A DNA stretch of 63,854 bases, counting the filler, from Folioceros fuciformis (lineage: Eukaryota): the NCBI GenBank assembly GCA_049999805.1. It is 3 parts of 3 records of this genome, joined end to end, with 100 filler letters (N's around TTAATTAATTAA, not from the genome) between each part and the next. Parts side by side here need not be neighbours in the genome. Positions count along the whole stretch, not along the records: positions 43,962 to 63,854 come from JBNGIO010004146.1; 2 more parts are not named here. The stretch is one strand, 5' to 3'. Below the pieces are notes generated by a model. That model was not told the DNA's origin and did no database searches. It was given only the letters and a program-made list of their open reading frames with translations. The translations under genes and the position numbers were made by a program. The first letter of the stretch is position 1, and every line of letters starts with the position of its first letter. This document shows, in pieces, positions 49,483-62,965 of the stretch.

Positions 49483-50704
49483 CTCTGCAGTAGCAAGGAT
49501 TCCGGACTTCCCTTGGCTCTCACAGAGCCGCTGCATAGAAAGCCAACCAGTTAAAAGGGAAAAAAAAACAATCAAGATAGCAGCGACAACACAGCTGCCA
49601 GAACGAAGATAGGGAAGCCCTAAACCTCCGGATCGGCGTTCACAGCCTACAGATCTGCTACCGCGCTGGACCAAGAGTTTTGAAAAAACCAGATGACCAG
49701 AAATTTGAGGCAGCCTATGGACCNNNNNNNNNNNNNNNNNNNNNNNNNNNNNNNNNNNNNNNNNNNNNNNNNNNNNNNNNNNNNNNNNNNNNNNNNNNNN
49801 NNNNNNNNNNNNNNNNNNNNNNNATCCACCGTGCAGTAAATCGAAAGAAAGATGACACTCACCACGACTTCTTTGCAGCTCGCGCACCAAACGCGACTAC
49901 TTGACCAGGCAAAGAAAAACCCCGGGAAATCCCTAAAATTAATCAAATAGACCTACACGATGGCAACAGATCCGCAAGCAGGCATCCAGTTGCTGCCAGT
50001 GGGAGGGCGGCGGTGCCAGCAAGAAACAGTGGAGCACCTAGAGACCTGTAGCCAGCAGAAAGGGGGAAGCGAGCAAGCAGAGGGACAGATAAGAGCGCCT
50101 TACCTCAGGTTTCGCGAACAAAGCCCGAGCGGTGACAACGTAGACGAAGCAGAGGCGTCACCAAAGCGCAGCAAAGGGTAGACACAGCTGGTCTGACTGG
50201 AACAAGGAAGGAGCGCTGTGAGGGGTGTGCGCGCGTAACCGGCCCTTGTGCTGACGAGGCAATTTCGACTCTCACTGTCAACCTGTAAACTCCTGTATAT
50301 AAATAAGAGTTTTGAAGGCCTCCAAGGCACAGACCTACCTATCTTGAAACGCGATTCGTCTAGTCCCTTGTTACGTGCGTTCGAGTTAGGCTTACGGCTT
50401 CATAATTCACCTGTTTTACGTGTTACATCTTTATTGTAAATGCCATATAATAATTGAACGAGAGTATTTTTAAAAGAGATGGAAATCTTATATATCATGA
50501 GCAAGAGGAAGAGAACAGGAGGAAAGAATCCATAAAGGGCCAATCTACCCTAAATAAGACAAGAAAGAATTCATGAAAGGCCAATCTATCTTGAACAAGA
50601 GGAGGAAAGAATTCATAAAGGGGACCCCAGAATCCACCTGGGTTCAAAAACCAAGAAGATGATAATCTCCGCCGGCACCAATCCATCTACGGTCATAAAC
50701 CAAG

Positions 50705-53700
50705 TCTTGTGGAAACGGAGAGAACGATTCTCATGAAAAGAACATCGATCATTATGGCTGATGGCCACATATAAGAAAGTATAAACCGCTATTTGGTTTG
50801 GGCAGTTTAACTATTCATAACTACACTAACTACGATATTTACTATTTACTATAATATGTGCTTAAGCAGGGTAAACCGAAACGTGCCCTAAAAACGTCGT
50901 GCATCGGTCCGCGGTGTATGTCGGCTGTACCCCAGCGCTCGGTGCGCCAACACTCCCCCTCACCGTGGATCTGATCTTGCAAGCCTTGAAATTTGGATGC
51001 TGCTGAAGAGAATGTGTGATGGCTGACAGTCACGGGCGATTGAGTCGCTCCCCCTCACGCTTGAGCCTGAGATAGGAATCCTTGCTAAAAAGCCCTATTG
51101 CAGCTACATGTTTCTCATGAAGTGATTTAGATAACCCCTTGGTCAAGAGATCTGCTGTATTCTCTGCTATGCTGATATACTTCAGGATCACTTGCTTGTT
51201 GGCCACATTCTAACGGATGAAATGGTGTTGAATTTCCACATGTTTCGTCCTGGCATGCAAGATTGGGTTATAAGTCATTGCGATGGCGGACTAATTATCA
51301 CAATACAGCTCAGTTGGTTCTGATTGTGACTTGTTGATATCCTGAAGAAATTGCCTGATCCATAGAATCTCTTTCGCGGCTAGGGTTGTTGCTACATACT
51401 TAGCCTCAGTTGAAGATGTGCAGATTGTCTGCATCTTTTTACTTGCCCAAGAAACTGTTGAAGCGTTGATGCACATGCAATAGGCTGCTATTGATTTCTT
51501 CGAGTCTGGGTTGCCAGCCAGTCTGCATCCGACAAGCTAGTTAATTTAAGGTTAATTGCATGATCAGCCTTATACAGTAGCCCTAAGGATTTGGTCTTTT
51601 TGAGATAGCATAGGATCCATTTCACGCTTGTCCAGTGAGCCTTTCCGGGGTTTGACATATATTTGGCCACAATGTTGACGGCTACTGCAAAGTCTGGCCT
51701 TGTCCATATTGATAAGTACAGCAAGCTGCCTATAGCCTTGTTGTAAGGTACATTCTTCATCTCATTGACGTCTTCTGGTGATGTGGGGTAGTCAAGTGCT
51801 GACACTTTGTCGCCGAATGCTATTGGTGTAGCAACTGGTTTGGCATCTGACAGATTAAACCTGGCAAGCAGGTAGTCGACGTAGTGTTCCTGATGGATGA
51901 AGAAGGAGCCATCGGATGGGTTGTGCTTAAACTGGACTCCGAGTGCGAAGCGGAGAGGCCCCATATCTACAACGTCGTATTCCTTACCTAGTAAGTGTAG
52001 GGTTATTAAAGCCTAATGTACTTAGGCTAATGTGTTTAGTCTAAGATTAGTGTCTAGTTAATGTGCTTAGACTAATGTGTTTAGTCTAAGATTAGTGTCT
52101 AGTTAAGTATCATTAGTTTAGATTAGCTTAAGCTAATCTGTAGGAAGCTTCTTGCGCAGCTTCCTGTGAGCTTCTTGTGAAGCTTCCTAGGGAGCTCTTC
52201 TAGAGGGTATAAATACCCCCTTGAGCTCCCTTGCCAACTACTCTCAATGTGACCTCTTTTTCTCCTCTCCTCTCTGCCTCCTCTTCTTCTCTCCTCCACC
52301 ATGCTCCTCTAGTGATCCTACAGTAAGTCCTTCACATAATGAATGATTTTAGGAGTGTTACCGAGAATGGAACTGTCGTCGACATAAAGTGTCACGATTG
52401 CAAACTCGTCTCCTAATTTCAGAGCATATACGCTCTTGTGTGCTATGAGGCTGGAGAAACCATATTTACGGAGGTACAAGTCCACTGTTTCATTCCACAC
52501 TTGTGCTGACTGCTTAAGGCTGTAAATGCTTTTAAGAAGCTTGCACACCTTGCTGGGGTCTTGAATGAAACTTGGTTGCAACATGTATATATCTTCATGC
52601 AGCGTTCCATACAGGAAGGCTGTTTTAACGTCAACTTGATGTATCTACAGATGGTGGTGAGCTGCGAAAGCAAGAAGAATTCGGATAGACGTGGATTTTA
52701 TGATTGGGCTGAAAAGCCGATGCTCCTCGTAGTCGAAGCCCGGCACATGGGTGAACCCACGGGCTACTAGTATTGACTTGAATCTTGATACAGTGCCATC
52801 TGGATTATGTTTTCTTCTGAAGGTCCACTTACAGGAAATTGGTTTCCGCCCTGCAGGCAGGTCAGTAAACTTCCAGGTCTCGTTTGCAATTAGGGAATCG
52901 TATTCGGACTGTACTAATGCTTTTCATTGAGGTATACTAAGTGCTTCTTCTATGCTTGCTAGTACACCTTGCATCTCGATTGCAGAGAGGGCTTGATGAA
53001 GGGCAAGCTGAACTGAATCACTCTCGGAAGCTCGTGGTGGAACTGACACCTGCACGGGTGGAGTAATTGAGGGTACCTCTACCTCTACAGATGGTGTGGC
53101 TACTTGACGAGAAAAAGACTCTCTGGGAACGGAGGGTGGATTTCTCCATTGATGGCTAGGTGGCCTGTGGCGAGTGGATAGCCTAAGAGGTGGTGGTTCA
53201 AGTTGAGGGGTACTGACCTCATAATCTGGCTGGTTGAGGAGAGGCAAGCTGTCCGGTGTGGCGTGACCTAATGGTAAGTCGTGTGGATGCGGCAGAGCGG
53301 GAGCTTGGTTTGGAGTTACTCATTGAAGTGGCTGGATGGGAGAAGGTGAAGCCGAAGGTGGATGATTTCCTGTCGGACCTTGAACCTCAAACTCATAATC
53401 ACTGGGGTTATATGTGTCCCCATCAAGGTTAGAACGGGAATTAGGTGAGAAACCAGAAATACTAGGGTCAGGCAAAGGAATAGCGGTAGAGACGAAATGG
53501 AGGTATGTTTGAATAAGAGTGGCTTCATGGAAGTGAACGCTACGGGATAGGGTTACCTGCATTGTAGATGGGTCAAAAAGTCTGTAAGCTTTGGACTGAT
53601 CTGAATAACCAATGAACAGAAGTTTGCATCCTTTGTCATCCCACTTCTTATGGAGATCATTAGGGATGTGAGCAAAAGCTGGGCTGCCAAAGATTCGAAG

Positions 53701-56611
53701 GTGAGAAATTCTGGGCTTGTGGTTCATAGGGTGTTGTGTTGACAAGCTCCTTAGTAGGTAGGCGATTCTTCAGATAGTTTGCTGTAGAGACGGCTTCGGC
53801 CCAATAACCTTTTGTAAACCCTGCCAGCTTAAGGATGGAGTGCGAGATTTCCAGCAACAAGTGGTTCAATAGTTCGGCAAAGGGGTTTTGAAAAAGCGTG
53901 TAGGGAGCTGTGTACTGGCGAAGAATTCCTCTAGAGGTACAAAATGAATGAAAGGATTGACTGGTATATTCCCCACTGGTGTATGTTCTAAGGGTGCGAA
54001 CCTGAAACCCCGTCTGCCTTTCTGCAGTGGTGACATACTCTTGAAAATAAGAAAAGGCCTCATCTTTGTGACGGGGAAAGTAAACATGATAGTATTTGTT
54101 CCACTCGTTGAGGAAGGTGATAAAGTAGAGGTGACCCCCAAAGCTGGTGGTGCTCATGGGGCCACAGAGGTCGGAAGGGACAATCTCTAAAAGGCAACAG
54201 GCTCGAGTGGGAACAACATCTTTAAAAGGTAACTGGGCAAGCTTAGCATACTGACAAATCTCACAGAAGAAGTCTTTATGTACTTTGATTGTCACTGGGT
54301 CTTTGGACATGCTGGGGTAAGCAAAAGCATGTAGATAGCGGGGGTTCATGTGATCGGTGCGACAGTGCCAAAGAAGAACATGATTCTGATGGTTTGGAGA
54401 AGTGGCGGTGGAGCTGTCCACCAAAAGGGAGGATGAGGTCAATTGGATGTTCAAGAGGTAAAGATTGTTGTACGGGAGACCATGAGCAAGCGTTGTCTGA
54501 TTCTGATCTCTCAAGTGGTGGATTGTGTAGTGATTACCTCGAAAAGTGATGATAAGATCGTGCTCAGTTGTGAGTTTACGAACTGAGAGCAGGTTCTTCG
54601 TCATTGCCAGGACGTGGAGGACTCCATTAATGGTGAGTAGCTCCCCATTAGATAATCGAAGCTGAATTTCTCCTGATCCTTGGATAGCTAGGGCTGTTGT
54701 TACCGAGCAGGACATGTTGGTTCAAGAATGTGCCATGGTATGAGGTGAACATGTCGCGACTGCTGCAAATGTGAGTTGTTGCTCCGGAATCGAGAAACCA
54801 CTTGCTGGTGTTAGTTCTAGTGAGTGTGAGGCAGACCGCCAAAATTTACGGCAAGTGGCGTCGGAGCCTGTGACAAGTGTGTTTCATGTCGAGGAGGGTC
54901 GCGACAAGGTTCACCTGCCGCCTTCTTGCGGCACTCGTACTCGAAGTGCCCAGGGATCCTGCAACAATTGCAGGGTCCCTTTGTAGTTCTTTGTTGCTAC
55001 AGTTGCTGCTTATTACCGCTGAAAATCGGTTGTGTTCCAAACTAATGAACGGGCCTCCTTGTGGCAGGGTTTGGTCTGAGGCCGCCCCGTCTTCCGCCTC
55101 TACCTCGTAATGTGAAAAGAGTGTGACTTAGGCCTGCACTAAACTTGGGATTGCTCGCACGGCTTGATTCTTCCTCCAGCAAGGCTCCCACGACTTCCAA
55201 AAGAGTGTAAGTTGGTACTCCTCCAAATGCCGCTGCTTGAATTGACTGCCGCAAGACAGAATTCTGAGAAGTGACGAAAGTTTTGTAAGAGGGAGGAAGA
55301 GAAGTGAGTAGTGCGACGGCTGCTTGCAACTCTTTCACAGTTGTGCCGCTGGCTGCAAGCTTGGCCCGCAAGGACCTAAAGTTATGGATGTGCTGCTCCA
55401 CAGTTTCGCCTTCTTTCATTTTCAGCGAATAAAACTGACATGTGGCGTTGATCAGGGACATGGAGCTTTGAGCTTGGAACATGTCCTTGAAAACACTCCA
55501 CACTTCTGCTGAGGTACTCTGACCTTGTGTGTGGGGTAGCATACTCTTGTCTAATGCATAAATAAGAGTGCTGCGTGCTCTCTCAAGTTGCAATCTCTTC
55601 AAGGGTTGCAGGAGGCACGGTAGTTATGGATGGTTGCTTCAGGGTTCCATCTACAACTGACATTAGATCATGCTCCTCTAAGAGCGCAGTGATGCGCACC
55701 TGCCATGCCTCGAAATCACTTCCATTGAAGCGATCTCGGTCACGGAACTCTATCTTAGAGATAATTGTGGAAGGTACAAAAGGTGTTGAGGTCGTCATTA
55801 TGTAGTGCTGAAAAAGTCTGAGGGGATCAAAAGATAGCATCTACTGGGGGCTCTTCTGTAGGTAAGACTCTACTCTATCTAGATGTACTGTTGTGTTGAG
55901 AACTTGATGATTACCAGGCGTAGTGCTTCTAATTGAGGTTCTAAACAGGCGAGTTGAATCCTAAGACAATCGTGTGTGGAAAGAAGACAAGAAGAGAGCA
56001 CATGAGAGGCATCATCAGGTTGAGTTGGTGCAGGGGTTGACCGATTGAGTGAGCTTGAAGTTTTTATTGGGCGAGAATGATGATCACAAGTGTTACGTCT
56101 ATGCTCGAAGGGAGGTAGTTTACATCTGAGAGGTTTGTTCAAGGACTTTGAGTAGTTGTTGCAGAGACATTGGTGGTGCTAAGTTGCCTTATTGATAGGT
56201 ACGCAGATTAAGGAAGTACGTCTTCTAGGCATCTTGTTGGATGAGAGATTGCTAGGGCTCAACGCAATGAGTATTCTGCAGGGTCATGGCATTGGGCTGT
56301 GAGGGCCTAGGTGAGGAGAGGAGGATGGCACATGGCGGCATGGAGCAAGATGGCTCTGATACCATCTTGTGGAAACGGAGGGAACGATTCTCATGAAAAG
56401 AACATCGATCATTATGGCTGATGGCCACATATAGGAAAGTATAAACAATATTCGATTTGGGCAGTTTAACTATTCGCAACTACACTAACTGTGATATTTA
56501 CTATTTAATATTATGTGTGCTTAAGCAGGGTAAATCGAAACGTGCCCTAAAAACATTGTGCGTCGGTCCGCGATGTATGTCGGCTGTACCCCAACGCGCG
56601 GTGCGCCAACA
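50705..56611 (-). mobile_element. Full-length decayed Ty1/Copia element with non-canonical TG...GA LTR termini
   Basis: LTRs 50705-50952 and 56365-56611; TSD CCAAG (50700-50704, 56612-56616); PBS TGGTATCAGAGC at 56353-56364; PPT TGAGGGGGAG; gag, protease, integrase, RT and RNase H remnants. Confidence 0.95.
51996..52322 (+). mobile_element. Solo LTR (327 bp) nested in the RT of the 50705-56611 element
   Basis: TGTAGG...CCTACA termini, TSD GTAAG on both sides, TATAAATA box. Removing it restores KDLLGKEYDVVDMGPL. Confidence 0.93.
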
Positions 56612-56829
56612 CCAAGAAGACGCTAGTCTCCGCCAACACCAATCCATCTAGGGTAAAAAACCAAGAAGATGCTAGTCTCTACCAACACCAATCCCTCTAG
56701 GGTTAGAAACCAAGAAGACACTAGTCTCCACCAAGACCAATCCATCTAGGGTAAAAGACCTAGAAGATGCTAGTCTTTACCAATATCAATTTGGTACGTA
56801 ATTCGAAAGTACTTTCTTAGCTCCTAGAA

Positions 56830-57400
56830 TGTCATGATTGGAGATAGTGAAGAGAATGGAATTGGATTCCACGATTTTCATGATTGGAGATAATAAGAGT
56901 TTACTAGGAGTTCATGATGTGTCATGATTGGAGACAGTAAGAACTTCTCTAGCATTGCACTTAACAATATTTTTAGCTCCTACGATGTCATAATTGGAGA
57001 TTTTAAGAACTTGACAATGTTCTTAGCCCCTAAGATGTTATGATTAGAGATTGTAAGAACTTGACAATGTTCTTAACCCCTAAGATGTTATGATTGGAGA
57101 TTGTAAGAACTTAACAATGTTCTTACCTCCTAAGATGTTATGATTGGAGATTATAAGAACTTACCTGGAATTGCACTTGACAATGTTCTTAGCCCCTAAG
57201 ATGTCATGATTGAAGATTGTAAGAGCTTACCTAGAAATGGAGTCGACGATGTTCTTGGCCTCTAAGATATCATGATTGGAGATAGTAATAACTTACCTGA
57301 AATGGAATTGGAGTGAACGATGTTGATGGCCCCTAAGATGTCATAATCGAAGATAGTAAGAGCCTACCTAGAGTCAATTATGTTAGCTCCAAGATATCAT
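56830..57400. repeat. Tandem repeat, 50-bp core unit with longer (about 66-bp) variants
   Basis: 'cttgacaatgttcttagcccctaagatgttatgattggagattgtaagaa' with period 50 at 57010-57160, degenerate outward. Confidence 0.85.
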
Positions 57401-57405
57401 GGTTG

Positions 57406-60400
57406 TGTAGGGTTTGATGAAATATATGTAGTTTAGCGCACTATTCATTAGGGCCACATCACTTTAAACATTATATTATCATCTAGGGCATTAGGTAGTT
57501 ACCTATTTAGTTGCTCTAGGTAGTTAGTTGTTATATTAGTGATAACTACTTATGATTATAACTACTTATGGTTACAACTACTTATGGTTATAACTACTTA
57601 TGGTTACAACTACTTATAGTTGTAACCACCTAACAACCTCAACCACCTAGCCTATATAAAGGCTTGTACTTTACTCTTTAATTCATTGCATTCTATCTTT
57701 TGCATCTAACAGCAAGGCGTGATTTTCATCATGGTATCAGAGCTTTTTGCTGTTCATTATGCGAGTGCAGCTTCAAGCATCTAAGGAGCTCATCTAGGAG
57801 GCATTTTCCAATCTAGCACCTTGCTAGATGGATTGTGTTCATTCTAGAATTGCTGCTCTTTTATGTTTTCTTCTCATGCGTATATATCTTTTTTTATAAT
57901 GCTTTTATGCACTAATTCCTTGTCCCCCCTTCCATGGAAGTGTATTCCCTTAGTAGGAGGAGGCCTAGAATAAAGAAAAGAGGTTGCCCTGCAAGACAAC
58001 AAGAACAAGTTAGGAGCAAGAACATCAGAAGCAATAGAAGTTCACACATCATAGCAGGAGAGATTGATGAAACCTCTTCCTGCATAGCTAACTTCATTGC
58101 ATCCATTCTAATTTCTAAACCAGATCAAGGGAAGTTGATTGAGCTAGCTGGACGTAATTTGCTAGAATTTCTTAGCCCTATTCACACCAAAGCATCAGAG
58201 CTTGCAATCCAACATATCCCAAATTTGAGAGCTGGTACTAACACTCCTAATTCTTATAGTCTACGAGGCCAAGACATAGAAACTCATAAAATTGACGACC
58301 TAGATAGACATCTATCATCGCTTAGAATCCAACATCTTGATCTCAAGGGAGAACTAACTGAACTAAAGACAAAGATGTCCACTCTCTCTAAGTTTATAGA
58401 TGTGCAGGAATTTCCAAGCAGGTCGTCATCTCCTAATGCAAGTTATTACCCAAGGGAGGAGTTTCTAACATGCAATAGAGAAGATGAAAAGCTGTACCGA
58501 TGAGGCTTAGTCCTCTAGATCGCCTTCTATGGCTGGAGTATTTAACGATGAAGAAGAAGTTTCAGCGTCACCAAACACTCCCAGGATGGATCCTCCTGGA
58601 AATACTAATCATACTTTGATTAATCATTATGGTGACAGCTTTAAAGAGAAGGACAGGTTCAATGGAAAGAATTATTATGTTTGGGCTATACGGATGAAAG
58701 AAGCTTTACGACAACGAGATCTCTAGGAAATAGTCGAAGTAAGACTCCCCAAACCCACAAAATTTTTTGAAGCACACCTTCGAACTTCCTGGGACGCCAG
58801 GGATGAGAAGGCGCAAGACCTTATAATCAGTGGACTTTCGGAGCAGATGGTGATACAAGTAGGTCATGCAAAGACCTCCCACGACATATGGATTCACCTT
58901 GCTCAACTCTACTCCTCAATGGATGTTATGAGTATCGTTGCTGCCTCCCGTAATTTCCGCAACCTTCAAATGAAGGAGTCTGATTCCATTGAACACCATA
59001 TAAGTGCTTTTCGACTGGCGAGATCTCAACTTGAAGCTACAAATGGCATTCTTGTCCATGAGTTGGAAGCATATGCTATCCTTCTATCTTCTTTGCCGCC
59101 GTCATACAGAGCTTTTGTCAGAACTCAAAATGTTGTCTTGCGCAATGCTAGAAGGGAGGTAGACGAGAATCCACAAGTAGACATTAAGCTCAGCATCGCC
59201 AAACTAATAGGAGCGTTGATGCAAGAGGAATCAAGTCGGTGACACTCCAGAACCAATAAGCAATAGGTGATGTTCACTGGAAGGGGCAATGGAAGAGGAC
59301 GAGGCAGAGGCCGAGGTTCTACTTCCCAACGACCCTAGAGTTCCAATGACATCTCTCAGAGACGAGAGACTTCTTCTCAACACCTGCAAGAGGTACCAAG
59401 AAGAAAGGCATCATTTGTAATTGGTGCAGGATCCCAAATCACATAGAAAAAGACTGTTATAAGAAAAAGAATGGCGAGCCCAGAAAAGAGGCCACACCTG
59501 GAGCTCATGTTGCTATGAAGAAGCCACCTTCCACAACACCTTCGGCTCTTACTGTATGCTTGGCTTCATCAAAGTCAACAAATCCATATTGGTACTTGGA
59601 TAGTGGAGCCACTTCACAAATCTGTCATAATAAACAATTATATGAGTCATATTCGCTAGCTACAGGACACCAGACTGTCTTACTAGGCGATGACCATAAC
59701 CTCCCCATTTTAGGTGTAGGTTCAGTTAAACTCAGATGTTCTTCAGGTCACACTCTCCTTCTTTCCAACGTCCTTCATGTACCATCCATGTGTAAAAATT
59801 TAGTGTCAGCTGCTAGTTTATGTACAGAACATAATATGCAGGTTATTTTAGATGCAGATAGTTGTATTCTTACTTACTCTCCTAGTGAGTCCTTCGACAT
59901 CTGCACAGGCACTATAGAGGACGGGTTATATACACTGTCCGTCCAAGTGGGACCCTCACATGATAGAATTAATGTAGCTTCCTAGAATTCTGTCATCTCC
60001 AATACAACTGTACTTTGGCATTGTAGATTAGGACATCCTAATAGCCAAAAGCTTATACAAATGTCTAAGGGACACCTTTATAGAAACCCTTCTCTTACTA
60101 AGATAGAACCCTTATCATGGTGTGAAGCTTGTGTCCTCACTAAAAGACATCAAGCACCTTTCCAAAATAACTCTCCCCAGCGGGCTAAGGCACCCCTAGA
60201 GTTAGTTCACACCGACATTTGTGGCCCAATTTCTGCACCATCCTTCAGCGGTTGCAGATACTTCATTACTTTCATTGACGATTTCTCCCGCTTTACCACA
60301 ACATATATCCTCAAGCACAAAAGTGAAGCTTTTAAGTACTTTAAGGATTATATGATGTGGGCGGAAAGACTTACAAAGAAGAAACTCAAGACCCTCCGTT

Positions 60401-60704
60401 CTGATAATGGAGGCGAGTTTATATCAAATGCTTTTACTGATTTTTGTAGAGCTCAAGGTATTGCTCGACAACTTACAATGGTATATACACCTCAGCAAAA
60501 TGGCGTAGCTGAAAATAAGAACCTACGCCTTCAAGAGATGACAGGTTTGATCCAGCTACTAGGAGACTCATTTACGCCCGCGGCGTTACTTTTCATGAGT
60601 CACCCATATTATCTCCAGTGAATTCAAGATCTCCTGTCTTTGTCCCAGACGACAATCATCTATCCTCATCTTTTGATGATGATGAATTTATTAGTCTTCA
60701 TTAC

Positions 60705-60750
<46 letters not shown>

Positions 60751-61788
60751 AGCCACCTTCTCCACGACGACCCACGACTCCAGATCCAGACATGGAAATT
60801 CCTCAACACCTTGACGATATTTATGATATCTAGGATATTCCGAGCCTGAATATCTGGATGCAGATCAGCCGGTTCCCCCTATAGTTGAACTAGCTCTTGA
60901 AGCATCTGAAGAAGAAGAAAACTCTTTAGAACCAGTCGTCAACGAAGATGCACAGCCTACACCAAGGTACAACCTAAGGACCAGAACTGCTGTCTCAGGG
61001 CCCGCAGGATGGAAGGAACCACCATTAGGATACCTTACCACCTTTGATGATCCCTCCCACCTTTCTCCCATTTTCATCAATCTGTTTACAAAGCTATAGT
61101 TGATCTTGAAGAGCCACTAACCATTAAACAAGCTTTTTCCTCTCCTAAGAAGGATTTATGGAAAGCTGCAGTGGACTTTGAGTATGACTCCCTAGTTAAG
61201 AACTCTACATGGGAATTAGTTAGACCACCAAAAGGGAGAAAAAGAGTTGGGAGCAAATGGGCCTTCAAAATCAAACGTAAGGGCGATGGTTCCATTGAGA
61301 GATATAAGGCAAGACTAGTAGCCATAGGTTTTACCCAGATACCAGGTTTAGATTACATACCCTTGGCTACCTATGCTCTAGTAGCAAAGTTTGCCTCTCT
61401 AAGAATTATAATTGCCTTATCGCTCAACATGATTTACATCTTCATATGATGGATGTCAAAACTGCTTCTTTGCATGGACGCATTCAAGAAGAAATATACA
61501 TGAAGCAACCTGAGGGATATGAGGTTAAGGGCAAGGAAAATATGGTATGCAGATTAATAAAAGGTCTATATGGCCTAAAACAATTTGGAAAGGAATGGAA
61601 CAAGGATATACATGACAAACTCATCAAGTATTGCTTTATACAAAGCAAAGCTGACGCAAGCTTGTATATATTAAAGACAAAACAATATACAGTTTATCTT
61701 TTACTTTATTTGGATGACTTATTTTTAGCATTATCCTCACTCTGCCACATGGCTGAAATAAAGGCTTGGTTAAGAAGTCACTATGAAA
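57406..61788 (+). mobile_element. Ty1/Copia element with 5' LTR (about 57406-57731), truncated within RT
   Basis: LTR with 17-bp internal repeats and TATATAA; PBS TGGTATCAGAGC at 57732; gag FKEKDRFNGKNYYVWAIR; protease WYLDSGATSQIC; integrase LVHTDICGP..LRSDNGGEF; RT LYLDD. Confidence 0.9.
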
Positions 61789-62028
61789 TGTCTAGTTAAG
61801 TACCATTAGTTTAGTTTAGATTAGCTTAAGCTAATCTGTAGGAAGCTTCTTGCACAGCTTCCTGTGCGCTTCTTGTGAAGCTTCCTAGGGAGCTCTTCTA
61901 GAGGGTATAAATACCTCCTTGAGCTCCTTTGCAATGTGAGACACTGAGAGTGTGACCTCTCTTTCTCCTCTTCTCTTTGCCTCCTCCTCTCCTCTCCTTT
62001 ACCATGCAGCTCCTCTAGCGGTCCTTCA
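61789..62028 (+). mobile_element. 5'-truncated LTR of the same family as the solo LTR at 51996
   Basis: Near-identical 'tgtctagttaagta.cattagtttagattagcttaagctaatctgtaggaagcttcttg...gggtataaatac'. Confidence 0.88.
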
Positions 62029-62029
62029 G

Positions 62030-62965
62030 GTTGGATTTATTGCTAGCCATTGAAGATATTGCTTGCTAAGATGTCATGTGATTCCAGACAGGGAAAAGCG
62101 TACCTGGAATTGGAGTTAGGGTTTTTAGTAACTCCAATTCCAAATAGGCAGGAACCTTTCGCCATGTCATTGAGGAAGTTCCTCGAGATAGGTAGCGCCT
62201 GGAGGCTCAACGCTGAGCAGATACAAACCTGCTCGTACCAAAACCTGGCCCCTTGGATAAGGGCAGCCGGTGACTTCATGGGGTAGTGGAAACTAAGAAT
62301 TTTCCAATTTTCCTGTGGCATCAATCCCCCTGTCACCATCCGAGAATTTGCTTGGACCATGTTGCAGTCCGCTTGCAGAAAGGCGGCCTCAGCCAAAGTC
62401 CGGGATAATCCCACCCATTGGACCATCCAGATTATGCACGAGGTGTGTAGGAGGCCAGCGGAGGAGCGAGGTGAAACGGTTGGTGAAACGTCATGACGGT
62501 TCGCTTGACAATTGAGCTTAGGCTAGCTTATGTTATTCCTAACACGCCCCCTTAAGCTAGACTAGAGATGAGCTATGAGCTATGAGCCATCAGCTAATGT
62601 CATCCCAAATCCACTACAACAAATTTCGTGCTTGGGCTTCGGTAAGGCTTTAGTAAGAACATCACCCCACTGATCGCTCGTAGGAGTGTAAGCTAGTGAT
62701 AGTTTACCACTCTCCACCTTCTCACGAAGGAAGTGAAAACGCATCTCAATGTGTTTCAATCGATCGTGGAACCTTGAGTTTTGAGAAAGCGCAATTGTGG
62801 ACTAGTTGTCACACATCAAACAAATGGGGCCATTGTGGGGGAAAATATTGCACCCGGGGGTGCTGCAAGGTCCACACAAACCCTCTTTGTCGTTATAGCA
62901 CTGGGATTCAATCCCAAGGGAATGATTTGTGTCCAACTACACAGGTTTCCTCTCAAAATCAATTA
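62030..62965 (-). mobile_element. 3' end of another Copia element (RNase H, PPT, LTR starting at 62544)
   Basis: HDRLKHIEMRFHFLREKVESG..DVLTKALPKPKH; PPT AAGGGGGCG followed by TGTTAGG. LTR extent uncertain. Confidence 0.75.

Larger units (their letters stand above)
50640..56795. repeat. Tandem array with about 49-bp unit (50640-50704 and 56612-56795), split by the Copia insertion
   Basis: Unit 'ccaagaagatgctagtctccaccaacaccaatccatctagggtaaaaaa' on both sides of the element. Confidence 0.8.
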
